A stretch of DNA of 63,158 nucleotides, filler included, from Bigelowiella natans CCMP2755 (lineage: Eukaryota; Protista; Cercozoa): the NCBI GenBank assembly GCA_000320545.1. It is 4 parts of 4 records of this genome, joined end to end, with 100 filler letters (N's around TTAATTAATTAA, not from the genome) between each part and the next. Parts side by side here need not be neighbours in the genome. Positions count along the whole stretch, not along the records: positions 1 to 31,761 come from ADNK01000523.1; 3 more parts are not named here. One strand, 5' to 3'. Under the pieces are notes generated by a model. It was not told the origin of the DNA. It was given only the letters and a program-made list of their open reading frames with translations, and searched no databases. Positions 1 through 14,720 of this stretch are shown piece by piece; position 1 is the stretch's first letter, and every line of letters begins with the position of its first letter. A program made the position numbers and the translations under genes.

Positions 1-61
1 AAATATGTTCTCTTTCACCGTGATGTCACCTCCAGCCTTGCCAGCGCAGCATGAGCATGAG

Positions 62-94
<33 letters not shown>

Positions 95-203
95 TCTCCG
101 TTCTTGCGATCCCCTCGCCCTTTCCTCCTTTCCCCTCTGCTACTACTTGCTGCTGCTACTGTGTCATTCTATACTGACGTCACGCACTGGCACTCTATTC
201 TAG

Positions 204-955
204 ATTGATGAGCTATACAACCGGCGTGCTCGCCTTGTGTTTGATTCGGAGGTCGGGATCTCTTTCTTTCTTTCTTTCTTACCGCTCCTCCTCCCCTACT
301 CAATATATCTTTTGCTGTCCTCTTTGCCCTTAGCCTCCTCCTCATTGCTACTGTAGTCGATATCGGCCACGTCTCACTCCCCCCCCCACCCCCCCCCCTC
401 CCCCTAAGGTGGGAATAGATGCCCTCTTCGATGGCGATGTGAATATGGAAGAAGCTGAACGAGCTGCTCGCGCCCTTGATCTAGAGAAGGTCTTATGGAT
501 GCAAAGCTGCTCCCATTCATATATACATGCATTTAATTGCGTGGCAGCTTAATCGGATCTCGATTTTTTGAAAAAAAAGGTTATGGGGTTAATAAGTGAA
601 AGCACCATGCGTGCATCCGCCTTTCCGTGCCCCCCCCTTTTTTTTCCTATAATGGTGTGCTGCTGGCGCTTCTGTGCCGTCGTCCTCGTCCATCATTCCA
701 TTTCTTCTTCTTCTTCTTCTTCTTCTTCTTCTTCTTCTATGCCCTCCCCTCGTTAGGAGCTGCAATTCGATAGGATGCCGATGCGAGCTGACGCTCCAGC
801 TTCAACAAGCTCAGTGACAACAACACCGCCGTCAAAGACGAAAACGGAGACGAGTGAGAACGATGTGAAGATCGATGTTGACGGCTCATTGCAGCTCTCT
901 TCTAAGCACACACTTTTCACGGGTATGCGTGTGTACATGTTATGTATAAGTATAA

Positions 956-1027
<72 letters not shown>

Positions 1028-1259
1028 AGTTGTACTTGGGCTTGCTCACCTCCAAACTGAAACATACTCCTCTTCTTTCTTTTCACGTTCTTCTGATGTG
1101 ATAGGGGAGGACGAGCGGTTCGCTTTCACGCGCGCAATTTCGCGTTTGGTGGAGATGCAATCGCCGCTCTACTTTCAGCAGAGATCATTTAATTTTCGGC
1201 TTGGTCCTGACCGTTCTGTACCTTTAAGCAGCGTCGCCACTGCTGCAGTGGGAAAGTAG
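204..1259 (+). CDS. AFG1: AFG1/LACE1-family ATPase, 3' exons only (5' end outside window)
   Basis: GT-AG-joined exons read IDELYNRRARLVFDSE / VGIDALFDGD...LDLEK / ELQFDRM...HTLFT / GEDERFAFTRAISRLVEMQSPLY...stop. This matches the AFG1-like C-terminus (IDELYN..VRLV; GEEE.FAF.RA.SRL.EMQ). Confidence 0.8.
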
Positions 1260-1545
1260 TAATTAACTGGTAAGGCATTTATATCCTGGCCTATCGTTGT
1301 AGTGCCGAAATGTTGCAAAATGAAGATGATACTAGTGTAATAAAGCAGGCGTCGGTCTTCTTAATAGTGTGCCTTCCACTAATTCACTGATTAAGAAAGA
1401 AAGTTATATTGCGTGTGCCTGTACATGGCTTTGCAACTGTACTTGCGCCAGCATACACACAGTGCCAATAAACTAAGTCTCATGGTGCAACTAGCCAGCT
1501 AGCCAGCAGCGTCTATGTATATATGGAAAATATTAGAGACATATT

Positions 1546-1586
<41 letters not shown>

Positions 1587-2078
1587 ACTGCAGACCCATA
1601 GTAATCCCTACGCTATTCATACAAAAACGCCACGTTGCATGCCTCCCTCAATAGGAATATTGTTAGTCCTAAAATCACAATATGGCGCAGCCACAAATAA
1701 TCGCACAATATTGCACAGAATAACTAAACTTTGCTATAGCGAGCGAAATGTTCATTGCAAGCGCTCACAAACGTAACCTTAGGATGACCATTGAAACAAT
1801 TTCATTTTTTTTTACTACGTCTGTCTCACACGCGAAGCTTTACACATTTGCTACTATATGTAAGCAAATCCGCGCGTGTATGAGACACATTCGTGTCGAG
1901 AATCCTATGCTTGCATTATCTCATGCATGAGCTGCGCAGGAATAGCTTCTGTCATCATGTGAGTATCGCGTCAATATGCAGTAGTTTTATGTGGTACGAT
2001 CTTGATCCATCAAAATGAATTATCGGCCATCAATGCAGCCGATTGGTTGCTCAGGCGTCTATTAGCGGTTGACGGCTA

Positions 2079-2471
2079 TTACAGGATCCTACATTGTCGC
2101 TCCAGCGAAGTTAGAATCCTCGATAGCGCGCAGGCTGCGCTGAGCGGGTAGGACGAGATCCGCAGCGCAGTTTGGGGAAGCATATACTTCTCGGTCTCAT
2201 TGAGGATATGCCCTTGAGCCATCGCTCCGACCGCAATCACCTACACAACGGCGGTCAATGGCGACGACAACATATGGGTGCAGTGGGAGGCAATGAGAAG
2301 GGAGTTTGGGTGCTGCAGCAAGGAGGGGGATAAGGGGGGGAGGGTGTGAATGGATTTTGTGTGGCGCTACTGAGCCGATGATTCGTCCATCGACTTTTGA
2401 TTTGCCAGTGTGATCTGGTGATAGTTGCATCAAATATCCGGCTGCTAACTAACTACTCCTACTACTACATG

Positions 2472-2502
<31 letters not shown>

Positions 2503-3019
2503 CAAAGGATCATCTTCCGGAATTTTTTTTGCGTACTTGAAAAAGTCAACAGGCTCTCCTCCAGCCTGGTAGGAGAAAGCTATTTTCGTGCTTCCTGAGT
2601 TCATCATCATACAGCCGTCTCATTGTGATGACGTCGTCTTATTGTCTCCGTCGTGTTATTGTTTTCATCAAGAGGCGACCTAGAGGAAGATGGTCCAACA
2701 GAGGCCCTCTCACAAGCTTCAAGAGTTTCTTCAAAAGTCGCAGTTTGCGGCATTGTCCAGCACCGAGGAGATAATATGTGTGCGAACAGAAAAGGGTAAT
2801 GAGCTGAAGAAGCGAGTGTAGTGTTGATATGGGAGTTGAAACCAGCCAGCAGTGCTGCTGCAGCACGCGTGCAAACTGACCTCTCTGCTACATATATTTA
2901 CCATAAACCTCTGATATGACTATAGTAAAAGCCCACTAGTTACCATCCCCAAGACCCAATAACCTTTCCGCTTCCCTTCGACTTGATACGCATCCGCTAC
3001 TCATACAAAGGCAGGCGCG

Positions 3020-3064
<45 letters not shown>

Positions 3065-3638
3065 CGAAGTGTGGAATCAAACAGCAGCCACCAACAGCGA
3101 GGATGAAGAAGAAGAAGACGGCGATGATGATGCACAGAAGATAGATAGTAATAGAAATAAGTATTCACTGCGGCTTACGGCCAAAACATCAGTCGTCGTT
3201 CTGTCGCCGTTCTGTGCTCTCTGTGGCAATATTATTCCCTTTATTCTTCCGATATGTTCGGTTGCGTACCTGCATCACTTCCACCATCATCTGGCAGAAT
3301 CGGCGGAACATCCTCTGGCATGCAGATAACAACAATCGTTATATGAGAGACCGACGCAAAGGAAGAGAAACTTATAGGTAGACAGATAGAATAGACCGGG
3401 AGGCGCGCTGAAGGGCTGACGTATATGATATGGTTATCCGTCGTGTGCACGTAAATGCCCTTGATCTACAAATGATGGAGAAGTTGTCAGATAAAGGGAG
3501 CCATAGCAACGAACGGCGAGTCACTGCGGATCCACCACACACAAAAAATAGCAGCAGTAACAACAATGTTTTATAACCGAATTGAAAGCTAATAGTATAG
3601 TCACAGATATGCCAAAATATCATGTATAATGTGCGTGA

Positions 3639-3671
<33 letters not shown>

Positions 3672-4501
3672 CGCGCGCGTGTGTACTGTTCATACATATG
3701 TTTGTTAAAGAGAATAAAGAAGGAGAAATACGTGCAGTTTATGCTTTACCCTTCCAGCTTTGTTCAAGGGGCTGTCTAATACTGCCATGAGCGCCTGTGC
3801 AGGAGGGGGAGATGCAAGGTACAACGATGACGACGCGACGAAGAAGAATTGAATGAGAATCTTATGAAACCAAATGATAGTTTCTGGGCTAATTTCCATT
3901 TAATGGAACTTGCCTGGTGGACAATATCAGGTCGATAGAGTTTCGGGTCTTCATCGTGCTTCACGAGATAGCTAAGAGAAGACAAAGAGATCACCATCAG
4001 CAACGTTCTTGATGAAACCAGCTTAGACCGTCACACTCATCATCCAACGTCGACAATAGCGCTATGGAGGTGAAATATATTACTCTGCATGATCCTGGGC
4101 GTTTAGAAGAGACAGCTGGCTGCCGATCTAAGACAACGTTCATTGATTAGCTGATGATGAACTTAAGCGACGCTCTTAAGTTGAATTTGACTATTTTTCT
4201 CCCTTTGCCCCTTTACCTTGGCATAGCGTAAATGAGCTTTCTCCAACACGACCCAAACTCCTTCTCCGAAGCCATAACCTAGCAAGGTCAGGCCAGTGGT
4301 CCTCCTCCCCCTCGTCGTCAACGGGGCCGAAATTAGTAGGAGAAGCAGCGCCGATAGGAGGACGACTACAGAGACAAGGATGTACACTCCAGTCCTCCCC
4401 CTCCTCTCTGTTCCGCAAAGGGGTTTCTCCCCAACGTTCTCCTCCCACCTCTCCCCGCTGGCCCCTTTCCACCACCTTCCCCCTCTGCCACCAGGGGGCA
4501 T
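2079..4501 (-). CDS. EMG1: EMG1/NEP1 rRNA pseudouridine N1-methyltransferase (SPOUT), multi-exon; start approximate
   Basis: Exons give VWVVLEKAHL, LLNAQDH, YRPDIVHQ|ALMAVLDSPLNKAG, IYVHTTDNHIIYVSPSARLP, MFRRFCQMMV and C-terminal ISSYPLSAACALSRILTSLERQCRIL*. All are hallmark NEP1 motifs. Confidence 0.88.
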
Positions 4502-4639
4502 ATTAACGAGATCTAGAAAGAGACTTGCCTCCTGTTCCGGCTCGGCATTCGACCGGTGAGTAAGGATGATATTATCGGTAATAACGCCTTCATTTTAATT
4601 AGTGCGACAACAAAACAACCTTGTCGTACCCTTCCTTTT

Positions 4640-5560
4640 GAAATTCAAACGAGCACGTCCACGCTTCAGGGGCGATGGCTTGTGGTGCATCCTGATTCAA
4701 TGGATGTGCTCTTCCGCTTCTCGTCCCATGAGCGTGCTCGCCCACGATCGGGAAGAGAGTGAGCAGTTTTGGCACGTTGCTGACAGTGATCAAGAAGATC
4801 AATCGCAAGTTGTGCGCACGATGGAAGAGACCAAGCGCAGCACCAGAGCTGGAGAGCTGGAGAGTGCTAGATCGAGTGGTGATTGAAACTGATTGGTGTG
4901 TTGAACGCACAACAGCCAGAAATGATAACGGCCGCGAAATTGGTGAGATGAATTGATCACTTTCTAGGCAGGTGCCAGAAGACAACCTTGTTTGGTTGTG
5001 TGTGGGGCCGCACGACTGTTTCAGAACGTCTGCTGGAATCCATGAACATTGACAGCTCTCAGTGCTCAGCAGGTGGGCATGCGTGCAGTAATGATGGCAA
5101 TGCAAGTTCCAAAGTCAGACGATGTGTGCCCCACATGGTCGATTCATATTCACCTTTAGCGCTGCTCAGTTGCGCGAAGGACTCAAGCTTGCGCTTTGCA
5201 ATTGGCGCTTTGTGTCCTTCACAACTGCACAGCGCATGCTAGCATGGGTCATGACTGCAACACACCACTGTGCTTTGCACATCATCTACACATGTGCATA
5301 CGTGCAGAGTGGATGTACATGCATTAGCAACTACCATTGTGCAGTCAATCTGCAATTTAGCAACAGTCCTAGCATCGATGAAACTGTCGCAGCCAGCCAG
5401 CTAGCCAGCTTCTAGAGTTTGGCGCCTACAATGCGCAATACAGACACATCACGCATGCGAGCGTAGCGTGCAAAAGATGCCTTCACCACATGACAACATG
5501 GATCACACTAATGGTAGAATTCATTAGCCTATGATCTTAATTCATGCAACGTTGCAGTTA
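4640..5560. other. TpA-depleted intergenic island (degenerate repeat-like DNA)
   Basis: Whole 60-nt lines lack TA. Survivors are mostly CTAG. TG/CA-rich; agccagccagctagccagct array at about 5391. Confidence 0.8.
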
Positions 5561-5599
5561 TCAATTTTCAACATCTACACACGAGAAAATGCAGCTTAC

Positions 5600-6204
5600 G
5601 TCCCTTTTCTGAAGTCCTATATACTAGATGCCGCTCTGCAGCTGCTTCGCGACCCTCATGAGGACTTCATCCACCTCAGTTTGCGGTGCCTATTATAGAA
5701 ATTACTCAGGACAAACAATAATTTTTTAAAATTTGAAATACCCCCTGCTGTTCTTCAGCATGCTTTTGGTCACCTCCTCCCACTTCTCGTCCTGGATCAC
5801 GATGGTGAATGGGAGGAGGAGGATATTGTGCGATGATACTCTCAAAGTCGGTCAACGCCCTTCGCAAGTCATCCTCAAGGGACTCCAAGGATTCAATTAG
5901 CTAACACAAAATACGGTTATAGATGCAACAATTATTCGTTCAAATTTATTTAGACATAGGAAGATTTCACGATATTCTTATTGAGAGGTGATGCTTTTGC
6001 TTGAGTTGTTGCGTGGGGATTTTGATGATGCTTAGTTCTAACTTCCTTCAAATTCTCTGTCGCTTCCTCCTCTCGTTTTCTCTTTTCTTCTTCGTCTGGA
6101 ATATCACACCGCCACAATAATAAAATGCTCGTCATCAAATCCTGAATGTATGCATGGCTCGATCTTTGATAAAGGTAAGGATTTGGTGTCCTCGATCTGC
6201 TTCA

Positions 6205-6245
<41 letters not shown>

Positions 6246-8985
6246 ACTCACACGCAGTCACCCTCTCTTTCTACCCTTTTAAAAGTTTCGCATAAAACCA
6301 TGTTGATAATGATCTCCGCTGTCGTCCTTCACGCCTTTCTCCGTGATGAGGGAACCCATTCCCCTCACCTAGCCACTTTCTATGTTTCTTCTTTTTTTTT
6401 TCCGGGGTTGGAAACCCTTTCCGGGATATGGAAAAACCCGCGGGGTTTCCATTGCTTCAAAACATTTTTGGAAAAAGGGGGGGGTTAACAAGGGGGGGAA
6501 AGGAGCAAGGCACCCCCCCCCTCCAAATAATAAATAAATTTTCTTTTTTAAAGTTTTTTTTAAAAGGGGAGGGAACAACCCCTGTTTGCTTCCCTCCGAA
6601 ACCGGGTTTCCCGCCCCCCAAAGCCCCCCCGGTGCCCTTAAATTGACAAGATTGCAAAACCATCGCGGATGCCATGTAAAAATGTTACGCCTTTCCCCCT
6701 TTTTTTTTTCCCCCCCCCCCCCCCCCCCCCTCTCTCTCTCTCTCTCTATCTCTCTCTCCCAGGAGAAGAAGGGAAAGACGACAGGCCGTGCTTGACAGAA
6801 TAACATGGTTTTCATGCATAGCTGCAAATTGAAACAAACCATCGATAGGCATCCTTGTCTCGGGCTTCGAGGCGTGCAACCTCGACCGCTTCCATCAGCT
6901 CCGCAACAGCCTGCTTCCGCAGCCTTGAAAATACCTAATATTATTTTGCATCATCATGGAGAATTTCGGAGCAAGAGGGGGACACGCCCCTCATTTTGCA
7001 AACGCCATTTGGAAAGATCGTATCTACTCCTTGCGCTGGCTCATGTCCTTCCTCCCTTCCCTCCCCGCTCTCTTTCTCCCCCCCCTTCCTTTCCAATCCC
7101 CCAGAGAAGAACCAACCTTCTTCTGGGCAGACTTGGTGCCGGCATTAGCTCGGATGCGCGTCTGCTTGTCGGAGAGCTCGGAGAGCGTCTGGAGTAGCCT
7201 CGATGACGACAGCAGCATCGATGACGACGAGGAGCACGAGATTGGCGTGGGTAATGACTGTGATCTCTCCTCCTTCTCCTCCTCCTCCCCTCGTTCTCCA
7301 CTGGCACCTGAGGAATGTCGTTTGCTCTTCTTCCTGTCGCTGTGGTTTGGAGGGACGGCGATGCCTCGGTATACGTTGCGGTTGTGGTGGTTGTAGATGC
7401 TGCTGCTGCTGCTGCCGCTGCTGCTAGGTACTAATACGGACAGACGCGCTAAGTCGAGGAGCTGAGTAGTCATTGATGGAGTGAAGAGTGAGTAGAAAGA
7501 ATAACTACGACAACAACTTATAAATCATCATAATTTCAAGAGATTCATGCTGCTGCTGCTGCTCCCTTAGAAATAGCGATACGAGCAGAGTCTGCAGCAG
7601 GGTGCTATGCTACTTCTTCTAGAAGCTGCGGTCTCTCCCTCATGCATACCCCCGCAAAACCCCCTTATTGTTTCCGTACCGCATTCTTGAGTTGGGAGGA
7701 GAGATTAGTCACTGTCTGCAGTTCCAACTAGTGTCCCACACACACACACCCACACACACCCACACACACACGCACACACACACACATACACAATACCCAA
7801 AAATAAATATCCAAAGATTAGCTCGTACACTTTCTTTCCCTCTCTCTCTCTTTCTCTCTCTCTCTCTCTATCTATCTATGTGTGTGTGCGTGTAATAATC
7901 TATCAGTTTCTCTCTTGCTTTCCTGGCAGCAATATCACTTAATGTTGGTGCCGCCGATGCACAGCAACTGACCTCCGAGTGTATCACCATGTCCCCCCCC
8001 TTCCCGTCTTCATCAATCCCCGTTCCGCTCCTTGCAACGCCCAGGTTCGACGAAAGGAGCAGAGGATTTGTCAGCAAACGCTCATACAAAGAATCCAGCC
8101 CTGGCAGGGAAAAAGGAGAACGTAGTCGTAGCAGTAGTAGTAGTAGTCGTCGTATTAGTAGTAGTAGTAGTAGTAGCAATTCAATTATGCCGCAGGAGAA
8201 CTCATCCAGTATTGGTTTCTACTCGAATCAGGATATAGCACACATCACGCACCTGGCACGAGTTTCGAAAGAGTGGCCTCCAGATCGCGGATCTTACTCG
8301 CGTCGAGATACGGAGGGGGCAGGGCGCCTTGGACGGACGAAGAGCTTGTTTCCCCCTCGCTCCTACCCATCATTCAGAGCAGCAATTATCACGAGAAGAA
8401 GACTCTTTGGCAGCAGAAAGAAATCGATTCAGGCGACAACAATGTGCACCATCCGTGCGTGCAGGTGGACGTGGTGTGAACATGAAGTGTTCTGCCTGTA
8501 TCCCCCCCCCCCCCCCACTATCCTTTGAATATATCGGTGTTTGCGGTAAGTGTAGTATCAGGCATTGGCACAACGCCCTCTTATCATGAGAAACGACGAA
8601 GACACGACGAATAAACCCGAAGCACAGCGCACGGGCAGTGATCTCTCGCTCGCCGTAACTACGGAGATACGATGATGGGAGGGACAGCCTGTAAGTCGAG
8701 GCCGAGTAGGACATCGATTCTGAAGATAATACATAATGTTTAAGTTTGTTGGCCAGATAAACGGTTTTGCCGTTGCTGCGGAGCGCATGCATGTACTGTG
8801 CGACGCCCATAATCTTTTCGAGGGTGTAAATTTCCAAAAAGAAGTGTCACTTGCACAAGAGCACATTGTAGTTGAGGAAGACACTGAGCAGTGTGTATAT
8901 GACCTAGCCTTTCGCCTTCGTCGATGAGAGCTGAAAATGCCGCGCGGGCTCCTTCCAACTTTCCAGCTATATGTCGATACAACCA

Positions 8986-9062
<77 letters not shown>

Positions 9063-9123
9063 GGGGAGGGGAGAGAAACTCATACATTTTGTAATCATAT
9101 CCATACATCATGATCATGATGTT

Positions 9124-9160
<37 letters not shown>

Positions 9161-9552
9161 CTTTCGTGATAAGAGTTATTGTGTGCTGCTGCTGCTGCTG
9201 CTACTGCCTGGTATGCTATCTAGAAGGCGAAGGAGAACGCGAGCGCACGCGCCGAGATCTCGAACGTGTCCTGATCATTCAAAACGAAACAACATATGAA
9301 CACGTTTTACTTAATCGTTTCCCTGCTCTACTAGTTCTATCATTAATATTCTTCTTATTATTATTAATATTGTTATTCTTATTAATATGTAATCTGAAAG
9401 GGGACACCTATCCGTTGATCCTGGGCCTCTAGCAGCGAACGAATCTACATGTTTAATCAAGCGGATTCGATTACACAGACGCACACAACGCACACATTTT
9501 CAACAGTTACACAGTAACGTATATCATCGAGTATTAATGCTGCGCTGCGCTT

Positions 9553-9608
<56 letters not shown>

Positions 9609-9816
9609 TGTGTGTGTTTTTCCGCGCGCGCGTCAAAATACACATATACACACTTCCTCTTTAACATATACGCTTTCATCGTCAATAATAGGTATAGTAC
9701 GTGGTCTTCGAGCTGCTGGTTTTTCGCCTGCAGATACACACCACATAAACACATTAATCGCAGTCGTTCGCCATGATAACAGATGTAGTATATTCTATGT
9801 GTCTAGCTAATAGATA

Positions 9817-9855
<39 letters not shown>

Positions 9856-11810
9856 TATATATGCTACATGTGTAATTAAATATACACAACGGCCACCTTG
9901 AGTAGCATCACACGGTGCTCCTCCCATCGTTCCGATCTACATTCCTCAAGCAACTAAATATATAAATCCGTCCGCACACAACGAGTCACATCACCACTTT
10001 GATCACCATGTTTAGTCATTTTCTCTTGAGAGATCAAGCCACGCACGAAGGCCACAATAATGGGGATCAACATCTAGAATGAACATCTAGTTTGCACCAA
10101 CAGCACCACCTGCATTCTTTCAGCTCGGCTCGTGGCCAATTCCTATATATGTACATAAATAAGTATATATTATATATTTATAATATCGAATACATTCTAT
10201 GAAGGGAGGTTAAAGATGACGATGAGGATGACAAGCAAATATGTTTCCGTTGTTCATTTGATCGACGTCCTCTCTCTACTGCTTCTTCTTTTGTTTTCTT
10301 CTTATCATTCTCCGTCTTCGAATGTTGATCTCCCTCCCATCTCATCGTGTGCTACATTATCAAGTACCGCCTTCAGCCTCTCCACCTCCATCTCAAGACT
10401 CCGCATCTTCGCATTACGCGTGCCTTTTCCCATCTCCACTGCCTCGCGCCGTAGGAGAGCGCCCCGCGTTGAAGCAGAAGAAACGACTTTGGAAGACGTG
10501 GCGGTCGCTGCTGATACGATATATTTCGCGTTGTGAGTTGCTTTTTTCGTTGGTATGGATGGATAAGAATTTCGACACAAACGAGGACAACAATAACAAC
10601 AACAACAACAACAACAACGACGCGGCTACTACATTTTAAAAAAAGGAGCATCAGAAAAGGCTGTTCATAGAGAAAGGAAGAAGACGATGACGCGACGACC
10701 CACCCCCTTTTGTAGTACCAGGAGCAGCATTCGAAGTCTTAGGCGCCCTCCTCCTCCTTGCGCTGTTCAGCCCGCCCTTTCTCTCCTCTTCCTCCTCCAT
10801 GCTTTCTAAATTATCCCTGCTTTTAGATGCTGCTGCTTGTCGTTGCTGCTGCTGCCGCCGCCGCGAGTCTCCCTCCCCCCTCTTCTCGGAAGCTGGCGGG
10901 AGATCAGCCGAGGAAGAAGATGGATCTTGCATGTTGAAAAAAACATATAAAAAGAAGATGTAATCTTTGTGAGTGAATATGCAGCATTTGACACTTCTCG
11001 GATCATTAACACTTCACGTTTTTTTAACAACCAGTCCATGCTGCGGCAACACTGCTAGTCTTTGTTCTTCTGCCGCTGTTGTTGTCGCTCGCACCCTAAT
11101 GTTTACAACGTAATCACAACACAAATTTAGCAATATATGAAGTAGAAATCATAATGTGCGCATTTCCCTCGAAATGTGTCGACATCACTGTGTGTGTTGT
11201 GCGTGTGTAGATGATGATGAAAGGGTGCATCTGTGCATACAGTAGCATTCGCACGCACACAACAACCTTAGTCAAGGTAGCGCCTGATGATGAAGCCCTT
11301 CTTGCACGTGCGGAGGGCGGCGTCTGCGTTCGGCGGCGGCGGCGTTGTCGTGGCTCCCCCGAGGTTGGCAACGATGAAGGAGGTACCGAAGACGGGCTCT
11401 GTGATTTGTCAAGGTGATTGTGAGGAAGAGGAGAAAGAAGCTTACTCCACACCAGCACCAACAGCAAATTGCATGTTCACCTTCTCTTGACAGTCACTCT
11501 TCGTGTCGTTGTCACAATCGCTAGCAGCAATGCTGTTCCTGTTCTTCTTCATGGAAAGGGATGCGAGGAAATCCACGGCGGAGAGGAAGTCTAAGACGAT
11601 GGGTGATGCAGTGGTTTTATATCGTCATTGGATCAACCATTGCTGCTCATATCATCATCACCGAAGCCGCCATATTGCCACCATTCACCATTCAGAATAA
11701 TTAAAAACGTCAAGCACCTTCCATCAACCACCGTAACATTATCGTTCAAAAAGAAAAAGTCTGCTTTGGGCAGAAATCGTGCACTACTACATTTGCGGTT
11801 GGACGTCATG
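5600..11810 (-). CDS. Hypothetical multi-exon protein(s), partly coiled-coil; may be one or two genes
   Basis: Series of AG/GT-bounded exons between microsatellite introns, e.g. AKMRSLEMEVERLK, LLEECRSERWEEHRVMLLK, IRSLLEAQDQRI, SKIRDLEATLSKL, LLQTLSELSDKQTRIR, LESLEDDLRRALTDFE. No family recognised. Confidence 0.5.
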
Positions 11811-12228
11811 TCTAGTTTGATGTCGCGAGCTGTAGCGCGGCCCAGCCTCGAAGGGTATCCAAGTTTAAGTATCCCACGATAGATCTCTGTCGAAAGGCCC
11901 TTTCATGTTGACAAAGCACAGAAAAACATTTCTTTACCTCACCCGCTAGTCGTAGTCAAAGTGAATAAATATGCATATCCATTTAAGGGGACTCCACTTT
12001 CATTTCTCTGTGCTTCGTCGTAACTCAGTGTGTAGGTCTTACGCTCCTATCGTATTGTCGGTATGTTGAGGATAATACCTGCTTGTAGACTTTAGCCAAC
12101 TCCTTCCGAGCGTGAGTGCTTAGCCGGTCTTGTCGTTCCTGAGTTCAACAGGTTTACATCAGCACAAAATAGACGCATTTGTGTGGGAGCATCGTCGTGG
12201 ACTTGCGTAATAGGCATAGGCATAGGCA

Positions 12229-12277
<49 letters not shown>

Positions 12278-14159
12278 GATGAATATACACCTCCTTGACA
12301 TCCATTTTCCTCTTGTTGACCCTTTGGGAAATCTTGAAGACACCGTTGTCGCACATAAGGCGCGCCACCAGGCTCTCCGCCGTTTGCCAGGTCGGCCTGC
12401 AACAGTCGTAGAACACCAACGCCACCCGCATAAGAAAAAGCCAAATATATAGGAACTAAATCGAAACAGGATGAAGAGAGAAGTGACGCCCAGCAAACGC
12501 CAGCACTATCCAAGCGTGGATTTTGAGTGGCAGATCGGAACATTGCTCATGTCTACTCTACTCGTCCCCGCACACTGTTAAACGGGGGAACAACGAACCA
12601 GACCCTACCCATTCAGTTCGGCGGAAGTAAGCACTATTGGGGGGTTGAGCTTGGTGAGCTTGGCAGAGATAACGTGCGGATTGGTAGAGGGAGGGGTGGC
12701 TGCTGCAGCGGCGGAAGCAGCCATTGTGAGTTTGGAAAGGCTCACTTTCCTGGAGTTACGAGCTGTAGATCTAGGTGTACACGAGATAAGATTTCCTCTA
12801 GGATATTTCCAGTGCGATTTACGTCCATTTTACACCTACGACAACCCACAGATACTCAACGCAGCGGATGTCAGGATGTCACCGACATTGATCAATTTTT
12901 GGGTCGCGACATCGTACAGCGAGTGACGCAAGGGGGAAATTACCATCGATTTTGCCTGGAAAGTCGACCTGTGTTAATTGTAAGCAGCCCTGTATTTCAC
13001 GCGGTACGTATTGCAGTAGCCAAGCACCAACCTGCTCGTGGGTCAACAACTTGCATTTTTCTAGGATTTTAAGATGGATAGATTTTTACTGCATTGTCGC
13101 AGACATAACCCCCCCTACATTTAAGCAGAAACTTACACCTAAACAAACTTTCGGAGAGTATGAAAAAAAATATCTCCAAACAAAATTGGCAGGAACATGT
13201 CGAAGTGCTTGCATATCACGACGCTGTGCATGCTAGTTCTCACGAGCCTCCTGATTGGGATTGGCCTCGGAGGTGATACGATGTCTGAACTTGTGTATTC
13301 TATAAGTCATCTGATGCGTAAACTTGGAAAAGCCGATATTAAGTGATGAGCGAGCGGTTGTGCAGTTGCATGTGGTACAGTGGTGGAGCGGTAGAGCATC
13401 TGTACCAAAATATCACGAAGAACACCACGGTTGCTGATGGCTTGCTTCAACAAAAATTGATTAAAGCATGGAAAATGTGTAACGTAGAATCGATTATGAC
13501 CAATTCTTAACGATTATCATTCAGGAGCGAGAGGTGGACAATTTGGCTGGACTCGAACCTCTGTAAATGTTAGATAGAAGAAATGAATGCACACAATGCC
13601 ATAGAAATGTTGCACAAGCAGATTGTCACTTGATTACATACAAATTGTACATACATGTCACATAGTTAACCAGCGTCGCTTCTAAGTTCCCAAAGTGATT
13701 CTTCACACCATCACACCATTCGCCACTCACAATTTCGCTCCACTTCATTCATTATGTCGCAGATTGACTTGCAAGTGTTTAACAACACTGCATTTGGGGA
13801 TGACAGTTGCAACATTGTCAACATCTACGGACTATCCAATTTCCAGGTATATTCGCGATCTCTTAGACAAAAAACAGACCAATTATAGAATCTATGTGGT
13901 TTGATGTAAATAATTCAGTCAACCGAGTCTTGCAATTTTCTTGTCTTTATCGATACGAGCTCTGAGTACATTGATGAAAACAATTGCAGAGGTGCATTCA
14001 AAGCGAAAGGAGCATTCGCAACTTTGTTAATAAAATATTCGCGTTGTTTAAATACAGTGAACAGATTCTCTAGTGAGGATCTCTGCTCGGCATGCCGTAA
14101 GAGCGGAGATACTGCAAGTAAGTAATGAGTAGAATCTACTATAAACCCATGCTCACAAT

Positions 14160-14720
14160 TAGGTTTTCAGTTGCGTTCAATTCTCTGGCTGCTGTCTGCG
14201 CAGTGGTTGGTATTGCGTTCGTATCTGTGCGTCTTGGATGTGATCGCAAGGGTAGATTTATTTTCAACAACAAATAGGAGATAGCGTACTCACATAAAAC
14301 TGCCAGCATTCAAAATCTTAGCAGTTTCGTGCTCCACTGCAATTCCAGTTTTTCTTCTAATAAGGTCAAATATTTTACGTTTGGATGGATTAACTCGATT
14401 CCAAAATGTGTCTCGTTGCTTATATACTTATTACATATATTAAGTCTTTCGGTTTGGGCTGGAGAATGCCATAAAGAAATCAAGGTGTCATGACAACCAA
14501 AATGGAACACTAAACTACAAAGCTTTTATTAGGAAGACACCTTTATTTTTACGACTAACAGGATGTAACAGATGGAATATCTTCTGAGCCATTTCTGCTT
14601 TTCGCTGATGGCACCGTTGCGCAATATCAAGGAACTCGTGATGTCAATTATCACACAGGATTCTACACTACGCTTGTTGCTGCGGTTGGTGCTTTGCTTT
14701 CATACGATTGCTTAGTCATG
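14160..14720 (+). CDS. Possible exons of a small membrane protein
   Basis: AG-started segments encode hydrophobic FSVAFNSLAAVCAVVGIAFVSV and DVTDGISSEPFLLFADG...GFYTTLVAAVGALLS. Gene limits unclear. Confidence 0.3.

Noticed and set aside
950-1025. Poly-YI/CV/SL/HT/ER ORFs from dinucleotide microsatellites throughout the window
   Set aside because: Intronic simple repeats, not protein coding.
6330-6740. Homopolymer-rich stretch giving Gly/Pro/Lys/Phe-rich ORFs (also about 52670-52776)
   Set aside because: Pattern typical of low-quality read ends after microsatellites; probably sequencing error.
8736-8990. Plus-strand ORF with in-frame TGA (possible selenoprotein)
   Set aside because: Coding exons in this region fit the minus strand better; no selenoprotein motif or SECIS recognised.
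11900-13600. Short exon-like segments on both strands
   Set aside because: Could not assemble a consistent reading frame or recognise a family.
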